A DNA stretch of 64,000 nucleotides from assembly GCA_030264375.1 (NCBI GenBank), contig JASCQW010000043.1, positions 40,296,284 through 40,360,283 of the forward strand, read 5' to 3'. This DNA comes from Carcharhinus longimanus (Eukaryota). Made by a program: the position numbers and the translations under genes. A model generated the notes under the pieces. That model was not told the origin of the DNA and ran no database searches. It worked only from the letters and a program-made list of their open reading frames with translations. Below are positions 1 to 14,000 of this stretch, piece by piece (position 1 is the first letter of the stretch; every line of letters begins with the position of its first letter).

Positions 1-339
1 GAAATTTCTATTGTTCTTTTAAATGCTAAAATGGGATTTTGTACTTTCATCTGAATCAGCAGAAGAGGCAATCATGGCATTTTTTTTATCAAGTCATTTA
101 AAGAGCACTACCACCAACAATACAGAATTTCCAAAGTACTTATTTGAAATCTAAACCTGCTCAAGTCCTGAAGGAATCTTGAATCCACAACACCAGAGCC
201 AACATGATGCAAGGTATGTTGAAGATGAACATAAAGTATTGTTACTGAAATGTTGCTAAATAAGTACAGCTCCATTAACAAATGTAGTAGCATAGGAACA
301 TATGAAATGAGTTTTCCATTTAGTTTCCCAAGGCTGTTC

Positions 340-915
340 TGCTATTCATGACTGCTTTTCAACCTTTTCATTAATTCTCGAGCAATTTCCTAACAATAAA
401 TGTTAGGCTAACTGGTCTACAGTTCCAAGACTCCCTCTCTCATCTTTCCAAAATAATGGAGTGACCAGCACAATTTTCCAATGTATAGGAAGAGGTTAAA
501 TCAAAATAATTTTGGAATATTATAGTTAGGGCATTTGCATTGTCCTCACATTCTTTCTTGGGATGAAAACCATCTGGTTCTGAGGATCTGTCACAATTTA
601 GTGCCTCTATTTCCTTAGTCACTGTAATTTTGTTTCCATTAACTTTTGTTTGCCCATTTCTAATCTAATATTGGCTTCCTTGGATTGTTGGTCAATCCAT
701 ATTTTTGCATCAGCAGAGCAAAGTAACTATTCAACATTTTAACTATTCCTTTAATAGCACAGTTATCAGTTAATAAGAGAAGCCCAGGTTGCTCCTGAGC
801 ACCTTGATTTCTTAACATAATTGTAAACTTTTTTCTTAATGTTGATTTTAATATCACTTAGAAGTCTCTTCTCATACCGGTTTTTTTTGTAGCTCTTACT
901 ATCATTATCTAAATA
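340..915 (-). mobile_element. Decayed CR1-type LINE ORF2 fragment
   Basis: Minus strand AACTGTAGACCAGTTAGCCTAACA resembles the NYRPVSLT motif, and a PDGFHP segment resembles the GPDG motif. Contains stops and frameshifts. Confidence 0.6.
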
Positions 916-929
916 ATGAGAGAGGGAGT

Positions 930-1640
930 CTAAATATGCCAGTGAGCCTGGCTTCAGAGCGCTCAGGGGCCCCGATTTCACTGTGCACTGGGAGACCCCC
1001 CCCCAATGGATATCCCCTTTGCCCACTGGCGGCGGCATGTTTCCTTCCCTCCCCAACATGGGCTGTCGGCATCAGGACCCTCCCAGTGGAACCGCCAGTA
1101 TGACCCCCATCAGGACCCCTGACATCAAGTCCCACAACATGATCCACCACTGAATGCCCCCCCTCTGCTTCCCCTCCCCACATCATATACTCAACCAGCC
1201 CCACAAACTTGATGCTGCCCCAGCACACTGCCGGTGCCCAACTAGCACGACCAGGGTGCCAGACGGCCACTGCCCAATGGGCACTGCCAACATCCCCCCC
1301 CACACCCCTCCCTCCTGTGGGCATGGCCATTGGGCCGACTGTCTGCTAGTCTGCTAGTGGAGCCCAGTAGTGGCTCACGCTGGTGTAACTTTCTGACAGA
1401 AGAGATGAGAGCAATTCGGGGAATCACGTGCCAAACGCAGATGAGATTGAAATCTAGTCAATCTTGTGCAAATTGGCCTCGCACCCTACCAGTTCCTGCC
1501 ATTGAAAAGAGGCCAGAACAACTGCAAACTATTTGGTTTTGCACCCTGCACCAATCTTTAGGCTCAAACGCTATTGTCCGGGATCAGTATGATCTGTGTA
1601 GGGCACAGCGAGGTCAGAGTAAAACCAACCCCCCACCACC
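930..1640. mobile_element. GC-rich non-autonomous DNA-transposon-like repeat
   Basis: Abrupt GC-rich block with repeated GGCAC/TGCC motifs interrupting the CR1 fragment. It explains the spurious ORFs at 766-1668. Confidence 0.45.
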
Positions 1641-1884
1641 CCCCTTATCTCTCTGGGGTATAAACTAGTTCTGTAACATGTTACATTCTTTCTTAAACAC
1701 ATCCTACTTATCTTCTGACTTTTTATCCATTAACAGATTTTCCCGTTTTACTGCAGAGCTTCTGTCTCGTTGAATTTAAGTAGTCTTACCTAAAGAGACT
1801 GTTTTGTTTCTCCCCTTGAAACATAATGTGAACTATCATCATATTATGATCACTATTACATAAATATTTATGCAACAACAGTAT

Positions 1885-2910
1885 CCAAGGCTCATCCAAT
1901 TTCAGCTGCTTCATCAATTACCTTCTTTCCAACATAAAACCAGAGTGGGAATGTTTACTGAAGCAGGGCTACTAAAGTAGTCCCTGTCAACATGCAGCAA
2001 GATCAGAACAACATTAAGGCTTGGAATGATAAATAACACTCACACCATACAACTTCTAAGTGACAACTATCTCCAGCAAGAGAAAATCCAACCAACTTCC
2101 CTTAACCTTCAACAGTATCTTCATCACGAAATCATGCACCATCATGGGGTTAACCTTTGACCAAAAACTTAACTGGACTAGCCATGTAAATACTTTGGCT
2201 ACAAGAGCAGGTCAGAGGCTAGGAATTCTGCTAAAAGTAACTCTTCTCCTGACTCCCCAAAGCTTGTCCTCATCTACAAGGCATAAGAAATCGAAGTGGG
2301 AATAGGCCACTTTACCCCTCAAGCCCACTCTGCCATTGAATAAGATCATAACAGATATGACTGTGGCCTTATCTCCACTTTCCTGTTTGCCCCATATAAC
2401 CCTCGACTTCCCTGTAGAACAGCCACAAGTTAGAAGTGTGATGGAATACTCTTCACTTTTCTGGATGAGTGTGGGTTCAAACAACACTCAAGAGGCTTGA
2501 TAACATCCAGAACGAAGCTGCTTGCTTGATTGGCACCCCATCCACCACCTTAAGCAATCACTCAACCCATCACTGACCCATATATGTGGAGAGATTTGCA
2601 CTGCATCTACTCACCAAGGCTTCTTATGATAGTACCTTCTGAACCCATAACCTTTATCACCAAAAGGAAAAGGGCAGAAGACACCTGGGAACACCATCAC
2701 CTACAAGTTCCCCTCCAAATTACCACTATCCTAACTTGGAGCTATTTTGCCACTCCTTCACTGTTGCTGTGTCAAAAACCTGGAATTACCTCTCTAGTCG
2801 CAGTGTCGTTGAACCTAAACCATATGGATTACAGTAGTTCAAAACTACCATCTTCTCAAGCACATGTAGGAACGGACAAAAAGTACACTGGCCTTGTCAT
2901 AGCACTTCTA
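1885..2910 (+). mobile_element. Old CR1-like LINE 3' portion with a nested antisense CR1 tail (~2282-2420)
   Basis: Translation GLTFDQKLNWTSHVNTLATRAGQRLGIL is an RT C-terminal region. The same family recurs at 54930-55490 and 57594-58290. Confidence 0.7.
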
Positions 2911-2924
2911 CTAACAAAAAGCAA

Positions 2925-3145
2925 AAATGCTCCTGGAATTCCCTCTCTGAACTCCTACAATTCTTTGTCCGTCTTTACACCTGAAAGACACCCCTTAAAA
3001 CCTGCCTGGTCGGCCAAGCTTTCAATCATCCACCCTAATATCCTTATTTGGTTTGGAGTGAATAATTTTTATGACACCCCTATGAAGCGTGTTGGAACTT
3101 TTTAATATGTGAAAGATGCTGTATAAATGCAAGTTGTTGCTGTAG
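2925..3145 (+). mobile_element. L2-like 3' tail
   Basis: TGGAATTCCCT...CCTTAAAACC...TGAAGCG...GCTGTATAAATGCAAGTTGTTG end structure. Confidence 0.5.
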
Positions 3146-3679
3146 TAATCCAAACAAGTGACACTCTGATCAAGTATAGAAAACTGTCATGGTTTACACA
3201 TGGACTTTAAGACATTTGTTCGAACAAACCACATTTTGCAAAACACAAAAGGGACCCACAACTCGAATACTAAAAGGCTGTAGATATCTTGTGGAAAATC
3301 TGTACATAAATCAGATCAGCCCAAATCCTGTCATTACTCAGCACTACAGTGTCATGCAGCTGTTTGTAGTGGTTTGAGGAACCAGCAGGGGTTGGAAAGT
3401 CTTCTTACTTGACTCCAACATGATCACAGTTGAACCTCATCAAAGTAAGTGTTCATAATTTGTCACAGAAAGGAGCCAATTAACATATGCTCGGAAACGG
3501 CTCGAAAAGATAATATATGATTAAAGGCCAAACACAGCTGTTAAAAATCAAAACCTCTGCAGTTTGAAAGAAACCTCAGATTGGTTTATGTGATCATTAA
3601 TCTGATAAAGTTTGTTCTTAAGGGCAAAAAGACTACAAAAAGAGAAAAAAAAGACTTTCCAGCAGAATTTCAGGATGAT

Positions 3680-4050
3680 ACAAAAGCAAAGTAACTTGGA
3701 TACTGGAAATCAGAAATAAAAGCGGAAAATTCTGGAAATATACAGGGGGTCGAGTGGCATCTGTGGAGAGAGAAACAGAATTAACATCCAGATCAATTAC
3801 CTTTTGTCAAAACCAGAAAAGCTTAAGCAATGCAACAGGTTTTAGGCAAGTACGCAAGCAAATAAAGGAAAGAAGGGAAAATATAAAAGGCGAGGTCTAT
3901 GATAGGACAGAATGCAAGATAAAAGGGCCAGGTAATGCAAGAGGTAGAGACACAAAAAAAGGGTCCAGAGAAGGGATAAATATTAAAAACAGAACCATTA
4001 ACAACTGCTGCAGTCTGAAAAAAAAATGGGGCAATGGCTATGATCTGAAA
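3680..4050. mobile_element. Penelope-like element terminal fragment
   Basis: CTGGAAATCAGAAATAAAAGCGGAAAATTCTGGAAATA...GCATCTGTGGAGAGAGAAACAGA, a recurrent shark repeat. An inverse copy lies at 47535-47640. The family assignment is from memory. Confidence 0.45.
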
Positions 4051-4082
4051 TTGTTCCTGCAACTTATGTTAAACTTGGAATC

Positions 4083-4404
4083 ACTGAATCCCTACAGTGC
4101 AGACTGATGGGCTGAATGGTTTTCCTCTGCACAGAGCAACCCACCCCGGTCCTATCCCTGTATTTACCCCACTAATCCCCCTAATTTACACATCTTGGGA
4201 CAACAATAAGGGACTACTTAGTATGGCCAATCCATCTAACCAGTACATCTTTGGACTGTGGGAGGAAACTGCAGCACCCAGAAGAAACCCACGCAGACAT
4301 GAGGAGAATGTGTAAACCCTACACAGACAGTCAGCCAAGGCTAGGATTGAACCCAGGTCCTTGGTGCTGCGGGGCAGCAGTGCTAACCATTGTGCTACCG
4401 TGCA
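4083..4404 (-). mobile_element. HE1-type tRNA-derived SINE
   Basis: Minus-strand head GCACGGTAGCACAATGGTTAGCACTGCTG with B box GGTTCAATCC, V-SINE-like body and CR1-like tail. Confidence 0.85.
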
Positions 4405-5320
4405 CAAGGTTAATTTGGAGATTATCATTCCTATGGTTATGGCATAGCCAATGACGATGAAACTGCGGTGCCACCAACTTCATTGGAATAATGTAAGAGA
4501 CGAAGGGCAGAGAGGTCACAGTGGGAGTACAACAACGAATTAAGGAAACCAGAAGCTCAGGGTCACACATGCAAACTAAATATCACGGATCTCAATGCCC
4601 AATTCCTAAGTTTACTGCTGTCAACAACTTTTACATTGGGTTATAATTAGTCATCAGTGCACAAAATAAATTTTCTAAAAACCTAGTCATGCCCATTACA
4701 AACTGCTTTGGCCATGATGTTTCCTACAGAGGTGCTTAATACTTGCAGAGCAAAACATCTCCAAACATAATAACTCTGTTACCAAATGCAAATCAGCCTG
4801 ATTATTTTGTTCAGACAAGTGTTAGAAAAGTTTAAAAATATATTGAACACATTTTTCTCCTAGCTTGTAGGTTTTATAACTATTCCATAAAGACTGATAA
4901 CTGAAGATCCATTTTTTAAGATTAATACTGAAAAGAGTGACACAATATTTCATGTTTTAAAATTTTTACTGCAACAAATGACTAAAAGGCATTGGTGGGT
5001 AAACTTTATTTTCTTTCTGTAGCAATTTTTTTACTTTAAATGTTCACCTTGTATTTTTACTGTAAGAACTGTAGTTCCACGGAGAGTGCAAAGAGTCCAC
5101 AAATGCTCCTGACTTCCAATGGGTTCAGATTTTGTTGCTCAGTCCAGCGTTTCTCTTAAATTTTTGATGAGTTTCATAAATTCACTATCAATGGTAAAGC
5201 CTGTCCCAATGACTCTTCCCTCCTGGCCATGCCAAGATAAACATCCCAGAGTCCTTAGATGGCTGTGGGATATGTCATCCAACTAGGAATCATCTCTGTC
5301 TCACATCCAGCTGTTATAGC

Positions 5321-5531
5321 GGGCGGCATGGTGGCACTGTGGTTAGCGCTGCTGCTTTACAGTGCCAGTAACCCAGGTTCGATTCCCCAGATTGGGTGAC
5401 TGTGTGGAGTTTGCACATTCTCCCTGTGTCTGTGTGGGTTTCCTCCGGGTGCTCCGGTTTTCTCCCAGAGTCAAAAGATGTGCAGGTTAGATTGTTTGAC
5501 CATGCTAAATTGTCCTTAGTTTCAGGGGGAC
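5321..5531 (+). mobile_element. HE1-type SINE, 3' truncated
   Basis: GGGCGGCATGGTGGCACTGTGGTTAGC...GGTTCGATTCC...GTGTGGAGTTTGCACATTCTCCC. Confidence 0.85.
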
Positions 5532-5844
5532 ATGCTATTGGACATCAGAACAGGTCACATGACCCCCCTCTGTTCTATCTTAAAGAAACAGCTCCAATAC
5601 ATCTTTTAAACCTCAAAATTGCAACAATTTTCTTTTGTTCCAATGTTGTGTAAGTAAAAGATTACTTTTTATCCAAACAAATATCTGTTCATTGTAACTT
5701 TGTTTTTGTGGTAGTTTATCATGTTCAATCAGTTAATTACATATTACAAAACAATGTGTTTGCATTATGGACAGCTTTTCAAAAATTACTATTAGCAAAA
5801 TAGAACTTAATCAGGGCAGTACCATTCTTTTGAGGCTAAATCAT

Positions 5845-6122
5845 GGCTGGAATTTTCCAGCCATTCCTACCAGAAGAATATTACAGTTCTGTTGATGGCA
5901 AATCTCCACTGGGTGTTCCTCGGCAGTGGGAGTGGGGAGACAGAATGGGGGAGGATGTTGCACCGATCTCGGCGCTGACAGTGGCTTGCTTAGCACTACG
6001 CTGCCAGCCTCTCCAGCAGTGCACTCTACATTGCTCGGAGTATGGGAGCTGAAAAACACAGTGGGATTTATTCCATTTTTATGCAAATTTGGCATTTAGA
6101 ATTTTTTGGGAAAATCCCGTCC
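5845..6122. mobile_element. MITE with imperfect 14-bp TIRs
   Basis: GGCTGGAATTTTCC ... GGAAAATCCCGTCC. A related short copy lies at 6221-6345. Confidence 0.6.
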
Positions 6123-6439
6123 ATTGTGCTATCTAACTCCACCTATTTGCTTTGGCTCAAATCTCTCATTACCTTTGGTTGATACAAAACTTTAGTGCCA
6201 AAATGTCCAACCTCATCCATGGCTGGGATTCTCCAGTGCTGCTGCAGTGAATAGAGTTTTAGCTCTGCTTCAAATTCTTCATTCTCTCTGGCAGCAGGCA
6301 GGTATGGATAAGATTTGAAAAGAAGGTAAGATTGGAGAATCCCACATTAGATCTGTAATTGCTGGATAGGAATTGATCTAGGATCAATTACCATTGGCAG
6401 AAGAAAGTTTCAAACTTCCAGCACTGTGGTTGATTAGGG

Positions 6440-6526
6440 TTTATGCATGTTGCTGATGACACCAAGATTGGTGGAACGGCAAATTGTGCGGAGGGTGTGG
6501 AGAGTCTGCAGAAGGATCTAGATAGG
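6440..6526 (+). mobile_element. CR1 reverse-transcriptase fragment running into a gap
   Basis: VADDTKIGGTANCAEGVESLQKDLDR matches the CR1 FADDTKIGG...LQxDLD catalytic region. Confidence 0.85.
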
Positions 6527-8293
6527 NNNNNNNNNNNNNNNNNNNNNNNNNNNNNNNNNNNNNNNNNNNNNNNNNNNNNNNNNNNNNNNNNNNNNNNNNN
6601 NNNNNNNNNNNNNNNNNNNNNNNNNNNNNNNNNNNNNNNNNNNNNNNNNNNNNNNNNNNNNNNNNNNNNNNNNNNNNNNNNNNNNNNNNNNNNNNNNNNN
6701 NNNNNNNNNNNNNNNNNNNNNNNNNNNNNNNNNNNNNNNNNNNNNNNNNNNNNNNNNNNNNNNNNNNNNNNNNNNNNNNNNNNNNNNNNNNNNNNNNNNN
6801 NNNNNNNNNNNNNNNNNNNNNNNNNNNNNNNNNNNNNNNNNNNNNNNNNNNNNNNNNNNNNNNNNNNNNNNNNNNNNNNNNNNNNNNNNNNNNNNNNNNN
6901 NNNNNNNNNNNATTGCAATTTTTGAGTACCAATTTGTAGATTGTTCTCTGTACACATGCCACGGTTTGCCTAGCTAAAATTTCCTATGCAGCCAGAAACA
7001 TCACCGGAAGCTTTTCAAAGGCATTTTTGTGTGGCTGGAAGGAGCAATGAATTCTCCTCTTGGCTGACACCACAAAAAAATCTTCTGGAATTCTGCCAGC
7101 CCTTCTATGCCCCAAATAAATTTCCACACGACCCCTGGCTTGAATCCACGGAGGATCTGCCAGATTTCCCAGATTTCACATTCCACACCACAGCCCCTCA
7201 CCGAACCCCATTGTCAGATTTCCAAACGTTCTGGTTAGCTTACAACTAGCATTCAAATGAAGATTGACTATGAAATTGGTTTGGGTCTTGTACTATTATT
7301 TATGGAAGACGGTGTGATCACTTAAGTCAACATCCATCTGAGATCCACTAGATATGATATTGTCTATAGTATAAGGGAGACACCCCCAGGTTTGCCTGTC
7401 ATATAAGTGCATATATTGGTAGTATGAGTGAACTCGGGAATGCAGTAAGTATGATGGCATTCATGGAAGCAATTTAAACCACCTGTGAGAACATCTACAT
7501 AGGATCTGAAGTTTATAACAATCGATCACTCTGCCAACTTTCTAATATTACCGAGTTTAAAAAATAGAATACAATAATTATTTTTATACAATGCAGGCAT
7601 GTCCACAAAGAGGGGAAAGAAAATAACAAGACACAGGACAAAGATGTTCAATGAAACACAGAGGAAAAAATTAACAGAGCTGAACCAAATGCCCACAGCA
7701 GATTAAAAGACATAAAAGATTGCAAATTCAGGTTTCATTTTGGAATAGAATGTTGCTAAGACGAAAAAAAATCATCATTTATCATTTATTTAAGGTCACA
7801 TTCACAGGCTCTTTTAACATCAATACAATTCCTGATTAAGATCTCAATTCCAGTTTCCAAATCCACAGAGTCCTGCTGCATCTGGAATGTTCACATAACC
7901 TCAACTGTCCCCCACTAAGGAAAAGACATGTGACCTCGAGCACTACCAACTTTTTCCATTCAAAAATGACCAATCACAGACACACCAACTGTTGCTCGTT
8001 CTGTGGGACAATCATTCAAACTGCCTTCTTGTCTGTCAGCCGACATCACTTCTCCCTCCAGCTCAAGGAAACACATCTCATGGATATGATGCCAGCATGA
8101 ACTCTGATCTGAAGTTTTTCGTCCTGCACAGTCACACATTAATGTTGCATAGCCACAAACAATTACCTGGGTATTTGAAGAACAGCAGGAAAGCATTCAA
8201 AAGAATATATTATTTTAAAACCTTAGGTTAAGATTGTAAATGTTCAAATGTTTAATTATTTAGGCACACACACCAAACATACAGATAAACAAT

Positions 8294-8487
8294 GGCGGGG
8301 AATCTTTGGCCTCCCCAATGGTGGGAGGCAGCACATCATTCATCGGCAGCGGGATTGTCTGGTCCCACCGCTGTCAATGGGATTTCCCATTGACTGCACC
8401 CCAGGCCACTGGGAAACCCGCAGCAGAGTGGCGCCATCAGCAGGACCAGAAGATCCTGCTAGTGCGAACAGCTGGAGAATTTCAGTC
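8294..8487. mobile_element. MITE with AAT target-site duplication
   Basis: Imperfect TIRs with AAT on both flanks. The body is homologous to 16177-16382. Confidence 0.65.
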
Positions 8488-8845
8488 AATAAATGGCAAA
8501 CAAAATAAATGATTAAATTCACATTTATGTTGCAGCCCATGAGGCTTATTCCCCTTACTTCACAATTTTCCTGTAGCAAGCACAACGTATGCCCGAATTT
8601 AAAAAACAAATCAAATTTTAACTGGTAGTTCACTAATATTAACTAAAACAAATGCAAATGAGCATCATAAACATTAGGGGCAGAATTTTTCCAAAATTGC
8701 ACAGAGTGCAGGAGCAAGCAAAAAAAAGCTGTGTTAAACTTGCTGATTTCACAGCTGCCTTTTCTAGCCAGATCAATCAGCACTTTGAGCAACTTTAAAG
8801 TGCTGGCGAGGATTACACAGCCAGCTGGAGGAGGTGATTAAACAT

Positions 8846-9035
8846 GCCAGCACAGTGGCACAGTAGTTAGCGCTGCTGCCTCACAGCGCCAGGGACCTGG
8901 GTTGGGTTCCGACCTTGGGTGACTATCTGTGTGGAGTTTGCACGTTCCCTTCGTGCCTGCTGGGTTTTCTCCCACCAGGTTAGGGAAATTGGCCATGCTA
9001 AATTGCCCCTAGTGTCCAATGTTGCGTTAGCTAGG
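8846..9035 (+). mobile_element. HE1-type SINE
   Basis: CAGCACAGTGGCACAGTAGTTAGCGCTGCTGCCTCACAGCGCCAGGGACC head. Confidence 0.8.
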
Positions 9036-9059
9036 TAAAGTCACCATAATGAAATAACG

Positions 9060-10620
9060 GTTTCACAGTCATCAGTAGATTCTTAATTCCAGATTTTGAA
9101 AATTAAATTCAAATTCCACATCAGCCATAGTGGGATTCGAACCCAGATCCCCAAAACATTAGCTGAGTTTCTGGATTAATAATCTAGCAATAATACCACT
9201 AGGCCATCATCTCCCCATGCTGCAGTCCATGTGATGTAGGTACACCTGTAATGCTGTTATGGAGGAAGTTCAAGGCTTTTAATCCATAGACACTGAAGGA
9301 ACTGCAACATATTTTCAAGTCAGGATCGTGTGTGGCTTGGAGGGGAACTTAGAGATTATGGTGTTCCCATGTATTTGCCACCTTTATCCTTTGAGGTGCA
9401 GGCTTGGAAGATGCTGTCAAAGGAGCTTTGTGAGTTGCTGAGTACATCTTGACTGCATTTCTGGGAACCCTACTATAAAAACAAAATTAAAACTGTAAGG
9501 AGCAAACACCATAGATTAACCAGAATGATGCGAGGGATAGAAAACAATTAACATAATAAAGAGATTTTAGATGCTAAGATTATTACCATTGGAGCAGAGA
9601 AAGCTACAGGGATATTTATCTAACAGAGGTCTTTTAAATTATGGAGGAATTTTACAGACAAGGGAAAGGCAATCTCCTTAGGTAGGGGTCATCATTTTAA
9701 AAATTGGCATTAAGAGAGCAAAGGGAGAGGTGAGAAAAAAAAACACTGTTGCACAGAAAGTTAATGGAGCATTAAATGCTTTGCTGCTGGGAATGAGTGA
9801 GGAACCATTGCAACTTGAGGGGAGAAATTGGATGAAAGCAAACAACAGCAGGTTAGAGAACAAGATAACAGGATTAGTTCTGGATTGTTGTTATGGCATA
9901 GAAGGTAGCCATTTGGCCTATCATGACACCTCTCAGCTAGTCCCACTCCCCTGCCTTTTGCCTGTAGTCTGATTTTTTTTTTCTCTCTTCAGGTAGACAA
10001 TTCTCTTTTGAAAGCTGAATCTGCCTCCACCACTCTCCGTGGCAGTGCATTCCAGAAGCTAACCACTCATGGCATCAAAAGTTTCCCTCATGTCACCTTT
10101 GGTCCTTTCTTCATTCGCCTTAAATTGGTGTTTAGCCCTTTCGCAAATGGGAACAGATCCTCCCTATCTGCTTTATCCTGGCCCCTAATAATTTTGAACA
10201 CCTCTATCAAATCTCCTCTTAACTTTCTCTTCTATGAGGAACAGACAAGTCCCTCATCATTGGAATGATCTTTGTACATCTTTTCTGCATCCTCTCTCAC
10301 ACTTCAGGAGCACACGCCTCTTTAAGTGTGGTGCCCAGAGTTGAGGCCAACTAGTGTTTCATAAAGGTTCAAAGTAACTTCCTTGCTTTATACTCTTCTT
10401 CTATTTAAAAAGTGCAGATCCCAACTGCTAAACATGCCCTTCTACCTTCAGTAATTGATGCACATATATAACTATGCTGCATCTCCAGTCCTTCTGCTCC
10501 TGTACCTCCTTCAGATTTGTATCATCTCTCTTCATTTTTTCTATGAAAATCTATCACTTCACACTCCACTGCCTTAAACGTCATCTGACAAAAGTGTCCA
10601 CCTGTTCTACCAACCAGAAG
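9060..10620. mobile_element. Cluster of a tRNA-SINE head (minus, ~9075-9216) and decayed CR1 3' ends on both strands
   Basis: Minus-strand head with B box GGTTCGAATCCC. 9220-9440 is the reverse of the old LINE tail at 2620-2720. CR1-like 3' ends at 9500-9930 (+) and 9900-10620 (-). Confidence 0.6.
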
Positions 10621-10976
10621 AACACAGATGATGGGCTGAGCAGCCTCTTTAATGCTGTGATAAATATTATGAAGTAAGCTATTGGAGATCTTTTGGCATC
10701 TGCAAGAGAGGAGAGAGTTGCAAAAAAAAAATTTGCTGTTATGGAAGGAAATCTTCCTGATAATAGATTTTATCTCAAAATGTTACTGGGTCTCTCACCA
10801 AAGTATTGATATTCTTGGAATTACTTCACTGAGTGGGGAACAAAATTAGGCTGACAGAAAGAAGGAAAATTGCCTTAAACATCAAATGTTGTATCATAAT
10901 TGTCCATGATTAGTTCTGAATAGAAAATATTGATAGGTAGTGTGTTCGCATGGTCACTGGCCCTTTGTGCTACTTT

Positions 10977-11088
10977 GGGTGGGATTCTCCTGTCTCGTCC
11001 ATGGCTGTCCGGCTGTAAGTGATAATAGAGAATTTGATGTTCCAGCCAAATTTCCATACATTTTCAGTGGCACCAGAGAATCCCAGTC
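10977..11088. mobile_element. Short MITE
   Basis: GGGTGGGATTCTCC ... AGAGAATCCCAGTC inverted ends. Confidence 0.55.
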
Positions 11089-14000
11089 ACAAACAAGGAT
11101 GGTGGTTTTTGGCCATGGCCAAAGAATAGGAAGAGCATCATCATAGATATGTCTGCATTGTAGAGCCACAGCAGAACTCAAAGCAAAGCACATATATAGC
11201 CAGTCACTAAATGGTATTTAAAAATAACAGTTGTATTGAACTGAGTCACAGATTAGTGCAAACCTCATATCAAAGTAATATTCACAAACTACATTCATTT
11301 TATTAACAGAGTATGCTGGAATATTGGCCCAGCATACCAGTGCAAACCCAGCAACGTCACAGCTGCTGTGACTACACTGATGCACGAGACAGCACTGAAC
11401 TTACCATCAGAACACAACAGCCTGCTATCAGAATTCAAAGGCCTGGATCCTGTTATCAGAACTATGATGACCGCTGAAATTTGTGCTGTTATTGAGGGCC
11501 ACAATGATACTGCAACTTCTGGCGAGCCAACTTAGGGTTGAATGGGCTCCAGAGGAATGGTGGTCCCACCAGGAATGTCAGCATGAAAGCCTGGGTTGAT
11601 TACCCCAGTATGCCCCAGTATTTAAGCCCCAGCATAAATCAACAGCAGTTGAAAACACTCCTGCAACACCCCTCTCCCCACATAACACACCCATACCCGA
11701 TATCCCCAGCAAACCTCAAGTCGGCTAGGGGTGACATTAGTATTGGGCTCAAAGTCAGTGCAGATGGGAGATGATTCGGGAAGAGGTTGGTGAGGACAGA
11801 AGGGGGATTGCCAGGGGATGACCATTACCCATCGTGGGTCAGAGTGTTGCTCCATTTTACATAATTCCAGTTCCAAAAATGGTGCAAAAATTGAACCCAA
11901 TGTTTCATGTAGATGATCTGTTGAAAGCTCATCGGCCTAAAACATTGCACTGAATTTTACCACAAGCTTTGGGGTCTTGATTTTGAGTGAAAAGTGGGCA
12001 GACAGTAACAGGACTGTATGACCACAGGAAGCCTTCAAACTGTCTGTCTGCATACCAACCTCCAGTTAGAGAGATGAGATGGGTGGGCTCCTGATTCTGC
12101 TGGCCCAACTTCTGAAGTATCTCTGAAGTCTCTGTAGCCCCATCAGGGCAACTGGGCACTGGTGAGGCAGATCAGGGATTGACACCATGCCTCAAAATGG
12201 AGGTGATTTTGGACAGGTATTTAAAAATTAAAATTTAGGATGACTGAGGGCAGTCAGCTCCTCAGAATGGAGAACAAACTCCTCTGGGGGAAACACAGAG
12301 GTTGTTGGGGCTGTATTTCCTACCTGTGACCCTCTCTTTAGGCCATGAAGCCTCTCACTTGGATGCTATCCTACCTACCCCTAAACCCAGGACTGACACA
12401 GGGAGACTACTTCTGTGAAGCTGGTAGCCTCTCCACGCATTAAGAAGATGCTCAGCCATCATCAAAATTTTGGTGGTTCTGTTAAAAGGCTGGTGAATGG
12501 GCTCGTAATTATGAACATCAGCTGTCTGCCTCCACGGAGCAGGCCCAAGTCTACATTTTGTGAAGTACCCTTCCAAAGTCTCAACAGTACCCTCCAATAT
12601 GAGGGGAAAGAATGACCATGGTATTTTAACTGAAGCCTAACCAAGGTTTTGTATAAAGATAAAGAGGTATGCGTTGTTTTATAATGATTGTCCAAAATGC
12701 AATCTATGTGCTTTGGTTACAGATTCACAGAGATGGCCATGAAGCAATGTTCGGTCTCCTAGCCTCCATCAAGAGTATGATTATACTTGTGGTTCTGCAA
12801 TTTCCACTTTAGAGTGATACATAAATGACAATTTAACTTCAGAGCTGCACTGAATCTGACCCAATCTCTCAAAACTAGGATTTGACAATGCATAAAGTGT
12901 ATCTCCATTGCTATGTCAAACCTTGTTTAAAAAGTGCTTAGGGACCTTGGAATTTTTTAAACTTAGAGTTGCTCCAAATGTTCTCAAAGCCGACACCCCC
13001 AGCATGCACTCAATACATTCAAAATGTAATAGCTGGAAGCAGAGCGCTGTGCATCTACATAAGCATGCATGCATGCATGCATGCACGCACAACACCCTCA
13101 ATTGAAAACTGAAATTGGAGTCTGCTAGTATCTACAGGGCACTGACTGGTTGCAACTAATTCTATAACTATTGGTTTCAAACTAATAGCTGCAGTGTAAA
13201 TAAATTGGAATGAATATTGGGAAATTAACTTAGAGTGATGTTCTCCATTTATCTCAGCCTTGAGGTACAATTCAATATTTTGAATATAGTGTTTGGCAAA
13301 TTTGTAGTAATAGTATGCTCACCATTTGCTCCTTTTACAAATTCATGGATCGAAAATGTAGATAAAACTTTAACCTGAATTTAGTTTTTCATTTTTTTAA
13401 AAACTTGTACTATTTTAAGCAGTCTACAATGCATAGACTTAGCATTACATCGCAATTTTTAAAGAATTTAAAATGTTTTTTCATTTCCTAAACTAAAGAG
13501 CATAGTGGTGTTTCATAACAATTTTGTTTTGGATGACAGTACAGTATGTTTTCTTCTAAATTTTCCCTGCCTGTTTTATAGTATTGTTCTTTTGACAACC
13601 ATTTCAAGGACAAATTTTTTTTCAAGGATAGCTGTTGCAAAACAGCTGCCAAAGACTGCTTGAAGTAGATCTACTGAGGTTTACAGCTAGTGATAAGACT
13701 TTTTTAATATCAACACATAATTAATAACTTGCATGTTTCCAACATTGCAAGATATGCCATAACACCTGACCAAGCGTTACTGATAAGGGGGCTTTTAACC
13801 AGATTTCCTAAAGTCCACAGTTGTTAAGTGATCTAGCCTTTGTTTTGAATTTGAGGCTTTGGTTCAACAAAGTATATTGTGATAAAAAAAATTGGTCCTT
13901 ATTCCTCCCTTGATTTTTCAGCACAAATTGTACCAAAACCAGTTTTAGAAATTTGCAAATTAAATTTAAAATTAATAATACAGGACATATACAAGACAAA

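Noticed and set aside
2584-3105. 173-aa ORF
   Set aside because: It runs across decayed LINE tails and has no coherent domain.
5321-5390. tRNA-like sequences with A and B boxes here and at other SINE heads
   Set aside because: They continue into SINE bodies and are not stand-alone tRNA genes.
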